Below, piece by piece: positions 39,129-52,422 of a stretch of DNA of 62,000 nt; the first letter of the stretch is position 1, and every line of letters begins with the position of its first letter. The DNA is from Diadema setosum (lineage: Eukaryota): assembly GCF_964275005.1 (NCBI RefSeq), contig NC_092705.1:5146001-5208000 (forward strand). Reading direction: 5' to 3'. A program made the position numbers and the translations under genes. The notes beneath the pieces are model-generated. The model did no database searches. It was not told the DNA's origin and worked only from the letters and a program-made list of their open reading frames with translations.

Positions 39129-40069
39129 AGGGCCCCTGAAATCCAAATGCATGTTGATTTGTGTTGATTTATGATACCCTCAACATCACTTTTGCGGTGA
39201 AACGATTGTTTCTGTGATATTAATGTGACTAACAAAAGACATGGCGAGGGAACATGCAAGTTATGCTGAGTCGAGGGGAAGGTGCATTCCAATGTCTTTT
39301 GTTAAACATTTCAGTACTTTAGCAAATGATTGACAGATGAGGTCATCTGAGGAATATTGGTTTGGAAGGATTTTTTTGTGGGCGTTCCCAAGCAAGAAAA
39401 ATAGAAAAAAAAATCGTTAAAGGTAGGGAATCCCATTTGCATGCCTTAAATGAAGAGTTGTATAAACACAGTGGTATGTTGAAGAGAGTATCATTTTAGA
39501 AACTCCCATAAAGTATTGAAAGTGGAAGGTAACATTTAGTACATTTTTATTGACCGTTAGATTTTAAATTAAATTCTTTTCGGGGCTCACCGTAAATTTC
39601 AGTACATTACTAGGCTACCTTTGCAGACCCATGCACTGCATGTGTGTCCATCATGTATATTTTGTGAATAAAGTTCATCAAAACTTACAAACATTTCTAT
39701 ATACATTCTTGCCACACACTCTATATGTTATTACATCAGCTCTTATACTTTTAGATTTGTGTTTATAGATGAAAAAATACAGAAGACTGCAACAAAAAGG
39801 CTTAAGTGTGGCTGACACACAGAACTACTGAGTAGTTGAGTTTTGTGCATTATTCAAATTGTAGATAACTGTGGACTTCCAAATTTCTAAGCAGTGGCCT
39901 AAACAAGTCCCCTGAGGTTCATATTCAATGTTTTGCTGCATTTTGGGAGTTCTGTAAAAGGTATCCCCTACCTTTAAAAATATATTGAATGTTTCTAGAT
40001 ATTCGTTTCACCGCAAAAGTGATGTTGAGGGTATCATAAATCAACATGCATTTGGATTTCAGGGGCCCT
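39129..40069. mobile_element. TTAA-flanked Kolobok-like MITE (outer element of a nest)
   Basis: TTAA-agggcccctgaaatccaaatgcatgttgattt...aaatcaacatgcatttggatttcaggggccct-TTAA; TIRs ~65 bp. Confidence 0.88.
39421..39973. mobile_element. TTAA-flanked Kolobok-like MITE nested in 39129-40069
   Basis: TTAA-aggtagggaatccc...ggtatcccctacct-TTAA. Confidence 0.8.
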
Positions 40070-40073
40070 TTAA

Positions 40074-40157
40074 CCCTTGCTGTGCCAGGGACTTTGGACA
40101 GTGTATACAACGCTATGGGGTTTTCTGTGTCAATTGGCACTTGAAGCACGCAAAGGG
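40074..40157. mobile_element. 84-bp piggyBac-like mini-element sharing a TTAA with the upstream MITE
   Basis: TTAA-cccttgctgtgc...gcacgcaaaggg-TTAA. Confidence 0.7.
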
Positions 40158-41055
40158 TTAAACCATCAGTCTGCCAACAATGAGTTTGCATAGGCAGTGT
40201 GTCTTGGACAGTTTTAAGAAAATGCTTCATATTAAAAAAAAAAGTAATTCATGGAACTTAGTTTACTCTTCATTATTTTTCCAAATTCACGAAATTCTTC
40301 CATCAAGATGTTTTCATTGCAACTCATTTACGTCGATGTAGGGCAATTTGTCAATCAGTTGCAATCTTCATTATTTGTTGTAAATAGGCAACAAAATTGA
40401 ATACCAATAGAAGATAAAAGGAGTAATTATCCCATCAATAATGTGTTGTAATGTAGAATGATATTGCAGAAGGTTCCTATTTGCATTATAACATGTGCTC
40501 TTGAGGATTACTAAAGCAATCTTTAACTTCTCGTTAATTGCTTCCTTATCTACTACAATTTTCCCCCCGACGTGCTTCAGTTGCAAAAAAAAAAAAAAAA
40601 AAATTACTATTGAATAAAAAATGAAAAATCCCAATTCTAGGGAGCATTTAGCCAATTATACAGTGAATACAATGTCTCATATTTGTCTATGTTAATTTTG
40701 CCACAAATTCCATGACATGACATATCCGCACACTTTGACTGCCCTGCAAGTCATAGGCTGATTTTCACCAGTGGTTTGTGAGATATTTAACAAAAGTAAA
40801 CCTTGAACCCATTTTGCTCTGACATAATTACGTTATACTGCCGTGGTGAGAAACCTTGTATCTCAAATATGTCAAGTGTTCAGGAGAGCGAAAAAATGTC
40901 GCAACCAAAGCACTATAACAAGTGGGATCCCCTTTCTTTCGACATGCTGTGGTGGCTAAACAGGGCATCACTGAAGGAATTTTCTGACAATGAATTAAAA
41001 AAAGGATTTTTTACTGAAATTTGAGATACAAGGCTTTGTCACTTTATCAAGGAAT

Positions 41056-41229
41056 TACTATGTACACCGTTATTTTCGCGAGGGTTTAATTTTCGCGAAT
41101 TTCGCGAATTGTCTCCATGCGCTTTGTTAATAGAGCATTAGCGTAAGCATCGGCGTTGATTCGCGAAAACAACATCTCACGAAAATGTCTATGACCTCGT
41201 CATTTGCGAAAATAACGGCATATACAGTA
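41056..41229. mobile_element. TA-flanked Tc1/mariner-type MITE
   Basis: tactatgtacaccgttattttcgcga...gcgaaaataacggcatatacagta. Confidence 0.72.
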
Positions 41230-43599
41230 TGTTAATGTAAAAAGGAAATATGCAAAATTAGGTAACTTGGATGAGGAAAAAAATTGCACCAAAGTGTTTG
41301 TCTTTTCCAAAAAGTCCAGTTTGATAAAGGTATATCAAACATCTATGCTGAATTTCAATGTCTTGGAATGTTTCAAAATTAAAGTTTTGTAGTCTTTTAA
41401 TGTCAGGCATGGTATGGGAATTGATGAGGTATTTGATTTATTGGAGGATGTCTCTGTGTGCCTATTTCTTGCTTTGGCCTGTACTCAAAGAGGAAATCTG
41501 AATCAAATCCACACTTTACATTTAGTCCATGGACTATTCAAGACAAGTATGAAACAGGCATACCTTTCACATGTGTCAGCTTGTGTGCATTATTGGAGGG
41601 CTGTTACATAGTTGTCATACATTTATGCAAGTATAATTTGTAAAACCATGAACGAGAGTTAGACTGCCTATGAGAATTCTGGCCTGTGAGGATCACTATG
41701 AAAATTAAGGAAAAGGGAATTGCTGTTGACATTTATGAAATATCAAAAGTCATATGACTAATAAGGGCTACCCACTGTGGTCGTTATCTATCATTCAACT
41801 TATTGTGGTTTTGTGTGGGTTGTTTTCTTGGGCACATTACACCCACCCATTTTGTCGAAAGATGCAAGTGAGCAAATGAGCAAACATGGAACAGTTTTCA
41901 ATTATTGAATTATTCAAGAACAACAGTTGAAAACAGCCAAGCAGAAATTGGTAATTTACATGTCAGTGCTGCAAGAATGGCTATTGTTGATGTTGCTGAA
42001 AAGAATGCACATTCACCTGTTAGGTACATTCCAATCTGCACCTGGTTCATAAAGGAATGTTTTTAACATAGTTTTCATGAAGCCCTATTCAGGTTTTGAA
42101 TACCTCAGTTGTGGATCAATAATTTCAAGAGAAGGTCTCCAATGGCCTTTTTATGCACATTGGATGCTTAGAAAAGTAGAACAAAAGATGAAAATATGCA
42201 TAAATTCTGCACAGGTAAAGTGTATATATTGTCTGCACATGATCAGATTGGAACTGTAGACTGGCTCACATGAATAGCATGTTCATGTAAGATGTGCAGT
42301 ATCTACAGCACAAGCTGCGCAAAACAACTCGGGTTAAACCAGACTCAATAACATGAAATGGCACTGCCTTTCAATGAAGACTGTATTACTACCCCCTCCC
42401 CCATCTTCGTATTTCCCCTTCTCAATGATGCAAGTAACATAGCAATTAATCTATCGCCTCCTTCGTGGCAAGCCCACAGCATTGCATCTGCAGCTTGTGT
42501 CACAGCTATAGGTTTGCCTGGCAAAGACAGGAAAATATCCCGAGTATGTTTCCATGGCAACAGGATGTGGTGAGGCAGGGTGCATTGTGAAGACAATTCA
42601 TATTCATCAGCAGAGAGAGCCAAGATGGTTTTTGACAGGAGAAACAAATAGGAGAGATAAAAAAAAAAGGAGCGAAGATGAAGGGTATGCCACTACAGTA
42701 GCAGGCCCCATCCACAAAAAAAAAAAAAAAATAAAAAAAATATCCACCGGAATATGGGCAGGTGCATTATTAACCGCACAGTATGCATTACACAAGTCAA
42801 TCTGTTATTGCTATATATTTCATTTTCATCGATACTGCAGTTTAGATAGTATTCAGATGACCATCCGCAGTGTAATATTTACGACAGTGTATTAAGATTT
42901 CGAACAGGATTATACTCTCCTGTATTTGAAGCTTGACACAAGTCTTTTTAGAAACCAAGTTTTTTTTTTTTGTTGTTGATAAAAACTTGCTTTCTAAAGT
43001 GATTTGTATTTTTGAACAGACTGTACTGCACTGTTGTTTTTTTATATTTTGTTTTGTCTTGAAATGATTTGCTTTAGTTTTAGTTTATATTTTGTTCTGG
43101 GATAAAAGTGATATTGTTCTTACCATCAGATTTCCCTTCCTACTTTAGTATTTCCTCTGGACAGGTGAGAATACTATTTAGAGAAAGTGTGAAATCAGCA
43201 TTTAGGCAGACCTCGGCATCTGTAACTGATGCACTTCTTTTCAATACCTGTGCTTGTCCACTGCAAGCCAGTGGTTTAGAGGGACTGAATATATATACGG
43301 CACTTGATTATTCATGATTAGATTTACAGATAGATATATGCAGTATGTTTGTACTCTTGCGACTTCATAAATACCTTGCCGTATTTTTGAATTTTATGTG
43401 AAGTCACGTATATCAAACCAAGAACAGCAATGATGACAGTTGTGGGGCCATTTTTGAAGATGCTCAAATGTGAAAAGTGCTTCAAAAGTACATATTATGA
43501 TCATCCATGAAGACTGCAACTTGACAGTCATGAAACTGGGCTGCTTTGCTGAGAAAAGACATCCGTATGTTATAAAGAATTGTGTAGACTGCTCTTTAA

Positions 43600-44160
43600 A
43601 GAACAAGTCCACCTTCATATACATGTGGATTGAGTGAATGCAGCAATATTTGTAGAACACACCAGTGAAAGTTTGGGGAAAATCGGACAATCCGTTCAAA
43701 AGTTATGAATTTTTAAAGTATCTGCACTGTCACTGCTGGATGAGAAGACTACTAGAGTGTATGATGTCACATGCGTACAACGTTATAAGGAAAATATAAA
43801 GAGAATTTCACAAAATGTTACTTTTTGAAAAAAGTGCATATTTCCTGGATTGGTCACTGACGTATGTTAAGGGTAATATTATTCCCCTTGCCTTCTGAAA
43901 GAGGGAAGTCAAGTGTTCTTTTATTATGCGAGAAAAGTGAAGATATCTTGAATTTTCCTTATACTTTCTGTATATAGTTGTACACATGTGACATCACAAG
44001 CTGTAGTATAGTCTTCTCATCCAGCAGTGACTAAGCAGAAACTTCAAAAATTCAAAACTTTTAAACGGATTGTCTGATTTTCCTCAAACTGTTGCTGATG
44101 TGTTCTATTAATATTGCTGCATTCACTAAATCCACATGTCTATGAAGGTGAACTTGTCCT
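43600..44160. mobile_element. 561-bp palindromic TTAA-flanked MITE, related to 15222-15779
   Basis: TTAA-agaacaagtccaccttcat...atgaaggtgaacttgtcct-TTAA; shares atgtggattgagtgaa..., aaaatcggacaatc and tatgttaagggta. Confidence 0.88.
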
Positions 44161-44616
44161 TTAAAAAGATGCATCACATTCAACATGACATTCATGCTGT
44201 TTAAAAGAAACAACAGAAGTGAACAAGGAGCAGAGAAAAAGATTTTTACTCGGTAATGGATTTGTGCTCACTCTGTGACGTGGATTTGTGGCACCAATGT
44301 GTCTGTGTTAGGTTTTCGATTAATTGTAAGTGGAGAAAGATATCCACTGAATTAGCATACAGTACATGCCTTACGATGCGTGCAGTGCAGAAAGTAGTAC
44401 ACTGTGTACATGTAATTACTTCTTAATGTGCATGACCTTGAACAAGAATCATTCCATATCCAGACACGCTGTTTCAGGTAACAATAGTAGAGAAAATAAT
44501 GAATAGAATAGAAAGTGACTAGGAGTGCGAATGTGAGTGCAGTGCATGTTAGTGTCTGTTGGTGTAACATGTATTTAGTTCTTATACAGTGTGTGTTTGT
44601 ATAATGTATGTAAATA

Positions 44617-45012
44617 CAGTTGAACCTCTCTTATCCGGCCTCCCTTTATCCGGATCTCTCTATTATACGGACGCAATCTCGCCGTGATTTTTTTTTTTTT
44701 TTTTTTTTTATAATTACGGGAGGAAAGGGAGATTCCCAACTCCTTGAGAACTCCTACACAAACACACATGAATTACATATTACTTCCAACATTAACATAC
44801 ACCTCTATTTTGGGGTCTGTTACTGAGTGTAACAATGAAAAGGTTGCAGTATACACATTACTACATGTGGTACTGCAATGGGCTACATCAGTAGGATCTA
44901 CATGTGTATGTATTATGTACATGTGTAAAGCATTGAGTCTCCCGTATCCGGCCAAATCCCTTATCCGGATGAGCCTCGGTCCCGACTTGTCCGGATACGA
45001 GAGGTTCAACTG
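44617..45012. mobile_element. 396-bp pogo/Tigger-like MITE
   Basis: TA-cagttgaacctctcttatccgg...ccggatacgagaggttcaactg-TA. Confidence 0.88.
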
Positions 45013-45033
45013 TATATGATTTTTATGTATCAT

Positions 45034-45075
<42 letters not shown>

Positions 45076-45812
45076 CATGTGCACGAGTGAAATCTCGGTA
45101 TGCTTGCATGTGGATGGGTTAATCATTTCCTTGTGTGTGTCTTTGAGTGTGTGTGTGTGTGTGTGTGTGTGTAGTGTGTGTGTAAGTGTGTGTGTGTGTA
45201 GTGTGTGTGTAAGTGTGTGTATTTCTGTGAATACGTGTACCTTAGTACTAGTATAAGAATCAAAGACTGTCTAATGACCAGGGACTATCTATATTCTAGT
45301 AATCTTTCATAATAATGAACATCATTGCTTTTCAGAAAGTGAGCCACACTTTGTAGATTGATAGTCACTTTAACCAATATTCTACATAATATCATTTGAC
45401 AACTTGTATAGAACATTGTCAATATCATTTCGTTCATGGCAGTTTTTATGCCTTTCACGAATGCTTGCAAAAATCAAATTGTTCACGAAATATCAATAAA
45501 TCTTTGGAACATGTGCACTTCACAGGTCAGTTACAGCAAGTTCCGATCAAGTGGAAGATTGCATTCATTATTATCATTAGTTTTTTAAATTTTTTTATTG
45601 TATTGTACTTTGTCAGATCCAGATGTTATTGATGTATAGCAGTGATATATCACAGCTCATTTATGCAAATCGGCAGCTTGAACCTTGAATATGTTGTTGT
45701 TAACTATGGACACTGGGCATGTACATTTACTTGCTAAAGAGTAGACAGAGTCTATTAAAGAGAATGCTCTGATTGCTTATTGAGCCAATTTTCCAAATTG
45801 CACATTATTCAA

Positions 45813-46245
45813 AGGTACTAGCCCACATTTGCAAACCCACGAAAATCAAAACTGCATAAAACAGGTCCAATATGACTTCAAGTACAAGTTATAACAGTAA
45901 CATACCTCACCTGTTGCTCTTTGTCTATACCATTCGATAAAAGAGAGAAAATCATCGTTTTAAAATCAATTTTCAAACCGGGTCAACCCGACCCAAAATC
46001 GAATTGCGAGCGCGGGCTAGCTACGTACATTAACTTACACATGTATCGCATGCATGTAGTACGCGCGTGGACCGGAGCTAGCGAGCGTTTTTATACGCAT
46101 GCATACGGTGCATTTTCATTTATTTTTATGAAAGTAATGGACTAATTGGAACGAAATTTTGCACAGGTGTTACTGCAATCATACCCAAACTCCATGCTAA
46201 CTATGAGACCAATTGCTGCAGGTTTACAAATGTGGGCTAATACCT
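45813..46245. mobile_element. Kolobok-like MITE with CpG-rich core
   Basis: TCAA-aggtactagcccacatttgcaaacc...ggtttacaaatgtgggctaatacct-TTAA. Confidence 0.8.
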
Positions 46246-47109
46246 TTAAGTATACATACACTGTATGTTTGCAGATATTTACAGATTTGTAAGCTCCTTT
46301 CAGATGTGTTGGATAGCAGCTTGATTTGGGCTTCCTCTTCTTGTTTTTATTCAAACAGACAAGACAAAGGAACATTATGGTGTAACTGTTAAATCTATGT
46401 GATGCAATGATGTACATGTATCAAAACTTCTGTTTTTTTTTAAATGAAGATGCACAAAGAGGTGTGAATATTGATACTGATATCAAAGAGCAGATGCCCT
46501 AAATGCCACAAGCATTAATTGGTAGTGCAGCACATTCGAGCTGGCGTCTATCCCGGGAGAACAGCGTTGATCAGCTCCAAATATAAGGTGGCGACCTTGA
46601 GTCTGCCGGTGGCGAAATGGCCGCCGGGAGGTTAATGATGATGCGTATTAGATAATAGCTTGATTATTTTTTTTCATTTATTGAAATCCCCTACTGATTA
46701 GGGGGCCTCGCACGTGTACGATCCAACTCATTTGCACTGCGCATACAGAGCGTGTCATTGCCGTTCAGAAACACACACTGTAGATGGCTGTGTGTTGAAT
46801 GTGCCATAGATGACTCTTCTATGTAGTATGCATGTCATGTCCCATTTGTAGCCAACACACAATGGTAATGGTATTTGTCATTTAGTGGCGTTCTTCACCC
46901 AACAGCCAACTTGTTGGTATCATAGATGTACTATTATATATCATGTTTAGGTGTTCTTATATTTTTGGGAAGTTGAATGACATTGCAGTTTTTTTTTTCT
47001 TTTTTTTTTTACAACTCAGGATAACTGAAGAAAAAAACTTATAAAACTTTGTGTGACTTTTGGCAACTCTGTGGAAATTTAAGTTCACACTCAGAATTTT
47101 AGTCCTTAA

Positions 47110-47188
47110 CCCATTGAGGACGGTTTGCTACAACACGCATTTCCCATAGATAACTGCCCGAGTATACTCGGGACTCGTCCTCAACGGG
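47110..47188. mobile_element. 79-bp piggyBac-like mini-element
   Basis: TTAA-cccattgaggacg...cgtcctcaacggg-TTAA; internal palindrome cccgagtatactcggg. Confidence 0.8.
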
Positions 47189-50100
47189 TTAATTTCACAA
47201 TCACTCATAATTTAGTGCATTTTGAAAGCATCTGTTACAAAAAGTGAAAAAGAAAGAAGCAAATCCCTTTTAAACAACGAAGGCTGTTCATCAATTTGAC
47301 ACCTAATGTTTGAAAGGTAAGATTACAGTAAGTTTCTGTAGTAAAATTCCTTTAGATTAGGATTAACTAGAGATTTGAAGCCAATGCAGCAGACACATTC
47401 TCATCAGCCTCAAAAATGAAATCACATTTATAGTCAACACATTATTCATTTGATCTTTGGAGATATTGAAGTACATTGTAGATCACTAGTCTCAGCAGTC
47501 TGGCACAGACAAAGTTTACATACCGATGATGTGCATGTTTGCTTACATAATCTCTAGTGTATACAGTACATCGCTTCCCATTGAGGACAGCAGTGATAAG
47601 GTTATCTTGCTAACCAATGCAAATATTTATAATGATCCTAATGCTGTTCATCTTCTCTGAGACAATGAAAACAGAGCATGGTTTTCATTTTGATATGGCA
47701 GTGATCAGAATAGAGCAATCATGTAATAACAAATTACATTCACTCACCAAGGCTCCGTGGCCACTGGTTATCCCAAGGAACATTAATCTTGTAGCGGATG
47801 TGCAGTGTATCGCATCAAACACTGGTGCAGGTGAGAGCAGGATGGAAGGGTTATTTGTTTCATGTCTGAATCTCTCATGGCGGTAGTGGGGGGGGGGGGA
47901 GGGGCGGATGGGCGGGTAGGGGTGGGGGATGGGGATGGGGAGGTGTAGGGAGGGAAGGCCTGAGATATTTGTTGATTGTAACAACAGTTTGACTGATTGT
48001 GATGAGTGTCAACAGAAGATTAAAAGCTCGGGCCAGCTTGGACTGTGGGGGGGGGGGGGGGGGGTGAACTTCCACTTTGAGTCAATAAAATGATAGTCCG
48101 GGCACTCAAGGGAACTCCCAGGGCAGGGCGTATATATTGTACATCCTGCCACTGCTAGGGAGAAGGTTGCTAGGAGCACTGTGTGTAGATGGCATCCCTG
48201 TACCTAGCTTTTATACCCCCATAAACCCTGACAGTATACCGGTAACCATAGTGAAATCACACACCCTGTGCACTTAACAGTAGACTGCATGTCATCACAA
48301 TGTATCCGTGTATGTTTTCAGAAACATGCAGATTACGTGCAGTCTATTAGCGTTAATATTTGATAAATGTATACCGTACACACTCCCAGCCACAGAAAAG
48401 GGTGAAAAGAACATTGGAAATCACTAGCTGTGGTAGCATAGTTGGAATTGACAAGCAACATGGAATACGACTGTGCCATTGATTAGTTTTATATCACTGT
48501 CGTCAATTCCAGTATTTTATTGCTGATGGATATTCGTGTGTAAGGCTGCAGTTTGAATCAGGGTAGAGTACCGGTACATGGTAAAGGTATCTATATGATT
48601 ACCATTATCTGTGTTTTTTATAATGAGTTTTTTTCATGTTTTACAGCAAAGAACTGCCTGCTTTAGTTAACTATAGCTAATTATGACTCTTTGGATTGAC
48701 AAGCAAATCATGAAATGCCTTTTGCATTGATTTGAAGTTTAAAAAAAGAACCCCCCCCCCAAAAAAAAAAAAAAGAGGAGGAAGAAATTGATGCAAGTAG
48801 TGGTCTCCTTGTATCGCTATTAAGTTAGAAAGGCATAAAATCTGATCGCCTGGGTGGTGGGCATAAGCGCATATGTGCAAACACATCTAAACCCGTGTTT
48901 GCCCACAGCTTCCATTTCCAAATCAACACACCTCCACTCTTAAGAGCGCAAGGGCGGAATACGGTATTAACAGGAGCCGCTCTGATGTTACCTACACCAT
49001 AACGAGGAAGAAACCAGAGTTGCTTGCGAGAAACCCTCTCTTTTAAATAATTTTTTGTGCGTCCGCGAGTTCTGTATATTTGAAAAATTCTGTATTTGAC
49101 TCCGCTCTAGGGTGCTGGGTCACGTACAGCTCGAAAGAGACCTCATTGTGATGTGCTAAAGAGATTATCTCGTCCTGGTTGTCCAAACAGATTCAAATGA
49201 AATCAGACGGAGATAACCAAGTTCAGATGTTCATAATTTCAAATGAGACCTTTTCCAAATACTTCACAGTTGCATTGTGTCTACTGGCATAAGGAATTAT
49301 ACATACTATGTAGTCAATAATAGTTCTAATTACATATAAGAAGTCTGTGTTTTTTTTTTTTCAGTGGTAGTAGCCCCTTTTTTGCTTGCCTTTTCTAGCT
49401 GTACATCACTTTGGCATAGCTTATGTCTATCATTTTGACATGTTTTGATTTTATTTCATTTTTGTATAAGAAATAGATAGATAACTGTACATACATTTTG
49501 AATATACAAAACCCAGAATGTAGTCCTAAATGATATCTATCTCATATTGAATTTGAAGTGAGGGACAAAGGGATTTTTTTCTGTATTTTTTTTATAACAA
49601 TTTGAAGTGGATTCTGAAGACAAAATAAAACTGAATTCTTTGTAACCCCCATTCCCGACAGTACTAGTACTCTGGTGTTGGACTGTTTTTCCTGCAGTAG
49701 AAGCAGTTCGTTGTGTGTCCAGACAAGGCTCATGATGAAGTCAGGAATGTGTGCGTCCCTGCTGGGTCATTAACGAACCAGATTTTAGGCATGTCCTGGA
49801 GTGAGTCTACTGTGGACGGAGTGGTGGTCTCGCATTGGCTTGACCGATCACACCACTGGAGACAATGGTATGCACAGCTAGCAGTCTTAATGATGATGAT
49901 AATGACCGTTGCTTGTCAAGCACATGTCGCTGCAGTGAATGAAAGCTCCGTGCTCTTGATAGATGGTAAAAGTACTGTATAGGGTCTGCACCATACATTT
50001 CGCACGTCTTGTTTTTTTTTGTGTGTTTTTTTTTGCAAATCGTGCCTTCCCGAAAATTTTGAGAGTGGTTGAATTCGTGATCCTGGAGAACAACACTGAG

Positions 50101-50678
50101 CGTAGGGACCAGTTTTGAAAATATAACTTTTATAGATTAAGAATGAATTAATGTATGTGAAAAATAGGTAATGCAAGAATGTTTACCGGTGCCTGTAGAT
50201 ATGGACGGGGAAAGTGCACTCATCCATTAACACAGTAGGCGTGCAGAGATTTGGGCCTACTGCACTGTATCATGATGCACCTTGCTCATGTCCTGTGGAC
50301 TGCTTACCAGGATATGTACACGTGCATTTAACATTCATGTCAGGATCAGAGTTTATATTTTTGTGTGTTGTTAAATTCATGAATAGCAACTGATTTGCGA
50401 AATTCAGATAAATGAAAACCCCAGGAAAATGAAAACTCCAGTAAATACGTGACCTATACAGTTGGAAGAGAATTGGGCACAAATAGCAACCAATTTGCGA
50501 ATTCAGGAGGTTGAAAACCCAAGGGTGCTTTGGAAGGGAATCTGGAACAGTCGTGCCTGTCTGTGTTATCATATATGTGACATAAAACGGCATAATTACG
50601 TGTGGTTAGGATGACAGTGATGTTCTTCCTTTTTTATTTTGCAGACACAATGTCCGTCTGTGTGTGTCTGTGTGTGTT

Positions 50679-50715
<37 letters not shown>

Positions 50716-52233
50716 ATGTTTCCATGTTCATCATTGGTTTGCATTATTCAGTTCAGAGTAGTAAAGTGAAACAGCCCCCTAAAAACAAACTTCCACAATG
50801 CTGTCTTAATAAGACGAAGAACCCAAAGAATCATATATTTATATTGAGCCAAAGTATTTTTAGGTTGACGTGCAAATGGAAATGATATTCTGATATGGTA
50901 TACTGTTGTTGTTTTTTTTAGTGCAATATTCAAATCAATATCAAGGATACTGTGTAACAAAGAGTCAGAAAACTGTCACCTTTAAGGAGAAACATTGACA
51001 GTGTACCTTGGTATGTCTCTAGAGCAGTGTGAACATGCTTAGTGCTGAGCAGCTACCCACTTTGATCATGTACCATATGTTTGTACAGACACTCATCAGT
51101 GGTAGATGTGAACGCATTTCCATCCCTGCACACATCTGTACGAGGGTATTAAGCCTTTGCTCATCAAAGGTGCATATTATGCAGTTGTCGCAGCACTCCA
51201 ACGCATTCCCCAGAAGTTTGTCTGGCATGTTGGGAGTTAAGTCATACCAGTGACAGGTGCAAGCTGACTTTGGTCATCTAATTTTATATGACACCCCTTG
51301 CTGTGGGATCAGAGGGGCATACAGTGTATCAGTAGTAGATATGAACCCATTATAAGATCAATTACAACAGGGAACACAAGAGTAGCTAGAGCATTGTGGA
51401 GCTTGCAACAGCCTCCATGAAAATGCCAGTTATTTGATCTGCAGACCCAAAGTTCTTTTTTCCCCCTGGTAATGTTTTTGTTTGTTTTTTCTTCTGACTA
51501 TCATATATTGTGGGAATAAAAACAAATGTTTTCTTTGGGGAAATGTTGACATGTAGATGTACATGTAGCTTTCAACTAATCATGCAATTGCCCGCAGTTT
51601 CTTGTCATTGTAATCCGTGAATCAGCCAATTGCAATATCACATTGTGGACCATATTCATTTATATCTTCATAAAAGGTACACTGTATGTATGTACAATGT
51701 AGCTACTCAGTGTTAAACATGCTTCATCTGAGATTGTAAAATCCTCCATGGCTATGATGACATTCATGGTAGAGCTTACCATATCATGAATGTTGTCATG
51801 GAATACAGCATTTTTCTATGTGGGCATTTGGTTTTCATCATCAATATTATAACAATATGTTTTGTCCTGTGATGCTGTGTAGACCAAGCCCTACACAGGC
51901 TATCATTAATGAGGGATATGATGATTCATATATATACACATGAAGACGTTTATTTCTGTTTTATTGGTATTTGTGTGCACTGTGTATAACCTGCTTCTTT
52001 TAAGGTAAAAGAAAAATCCTCATATAGACACTTAAGACGACCATGAGGTTCTTGTCTATCACCTCATATTCTTAGTGTACAGGTAATGTACCCTTACAGC
52101 TCTTATTTCATCTGATATGGCAGATTAATCGAGTGAATTTTGTGAATTTAGGTTCCATTGTCTGATAGCGTTTCAATGGGACTTTCCTACTTTTTTTCAC
52201 CCTAATGTATGTTTTTTGTTGCCCTGACAACAG

Positions 52234-52422
52234 GAGACCGACTGCGCAACTTGGGCCAGCACTGCCTCAACCGCATGTACAAGATCGATTCCTCCCAGTT
52301 CCGGCGCTACCTGCGGTACGTCATCTCCGCCCACCCTCTTGAGGGCATCCTGGACTTTCTGCACGCCCTTCTCGGGTTCTGCGAGGACCCCTCGCGGCCA
52401 ACGAGCATCAGACTTGGGGAGC
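52234..52422 (+). CDS. UNC80: UNC80 exon 6 (189 nt, GDRLRNLGQHCLNRMYKID...DFLHALLGFCEDP...)
   Basis: Lies within ORF 52209..52541; aacag|GA...GAG C|gtgagt. Confidence 0.95.

Noticed and set aside
34390..52233. Nested protein-coding gene or missing UNC80 exon in the 17.8-kb intron
   Set aside because: Exons 5 and 6 join seamlessly (GQQG|DRLR) and I saw no convincing exon chain on either strand. A noncoding transcript cannot be excluded.
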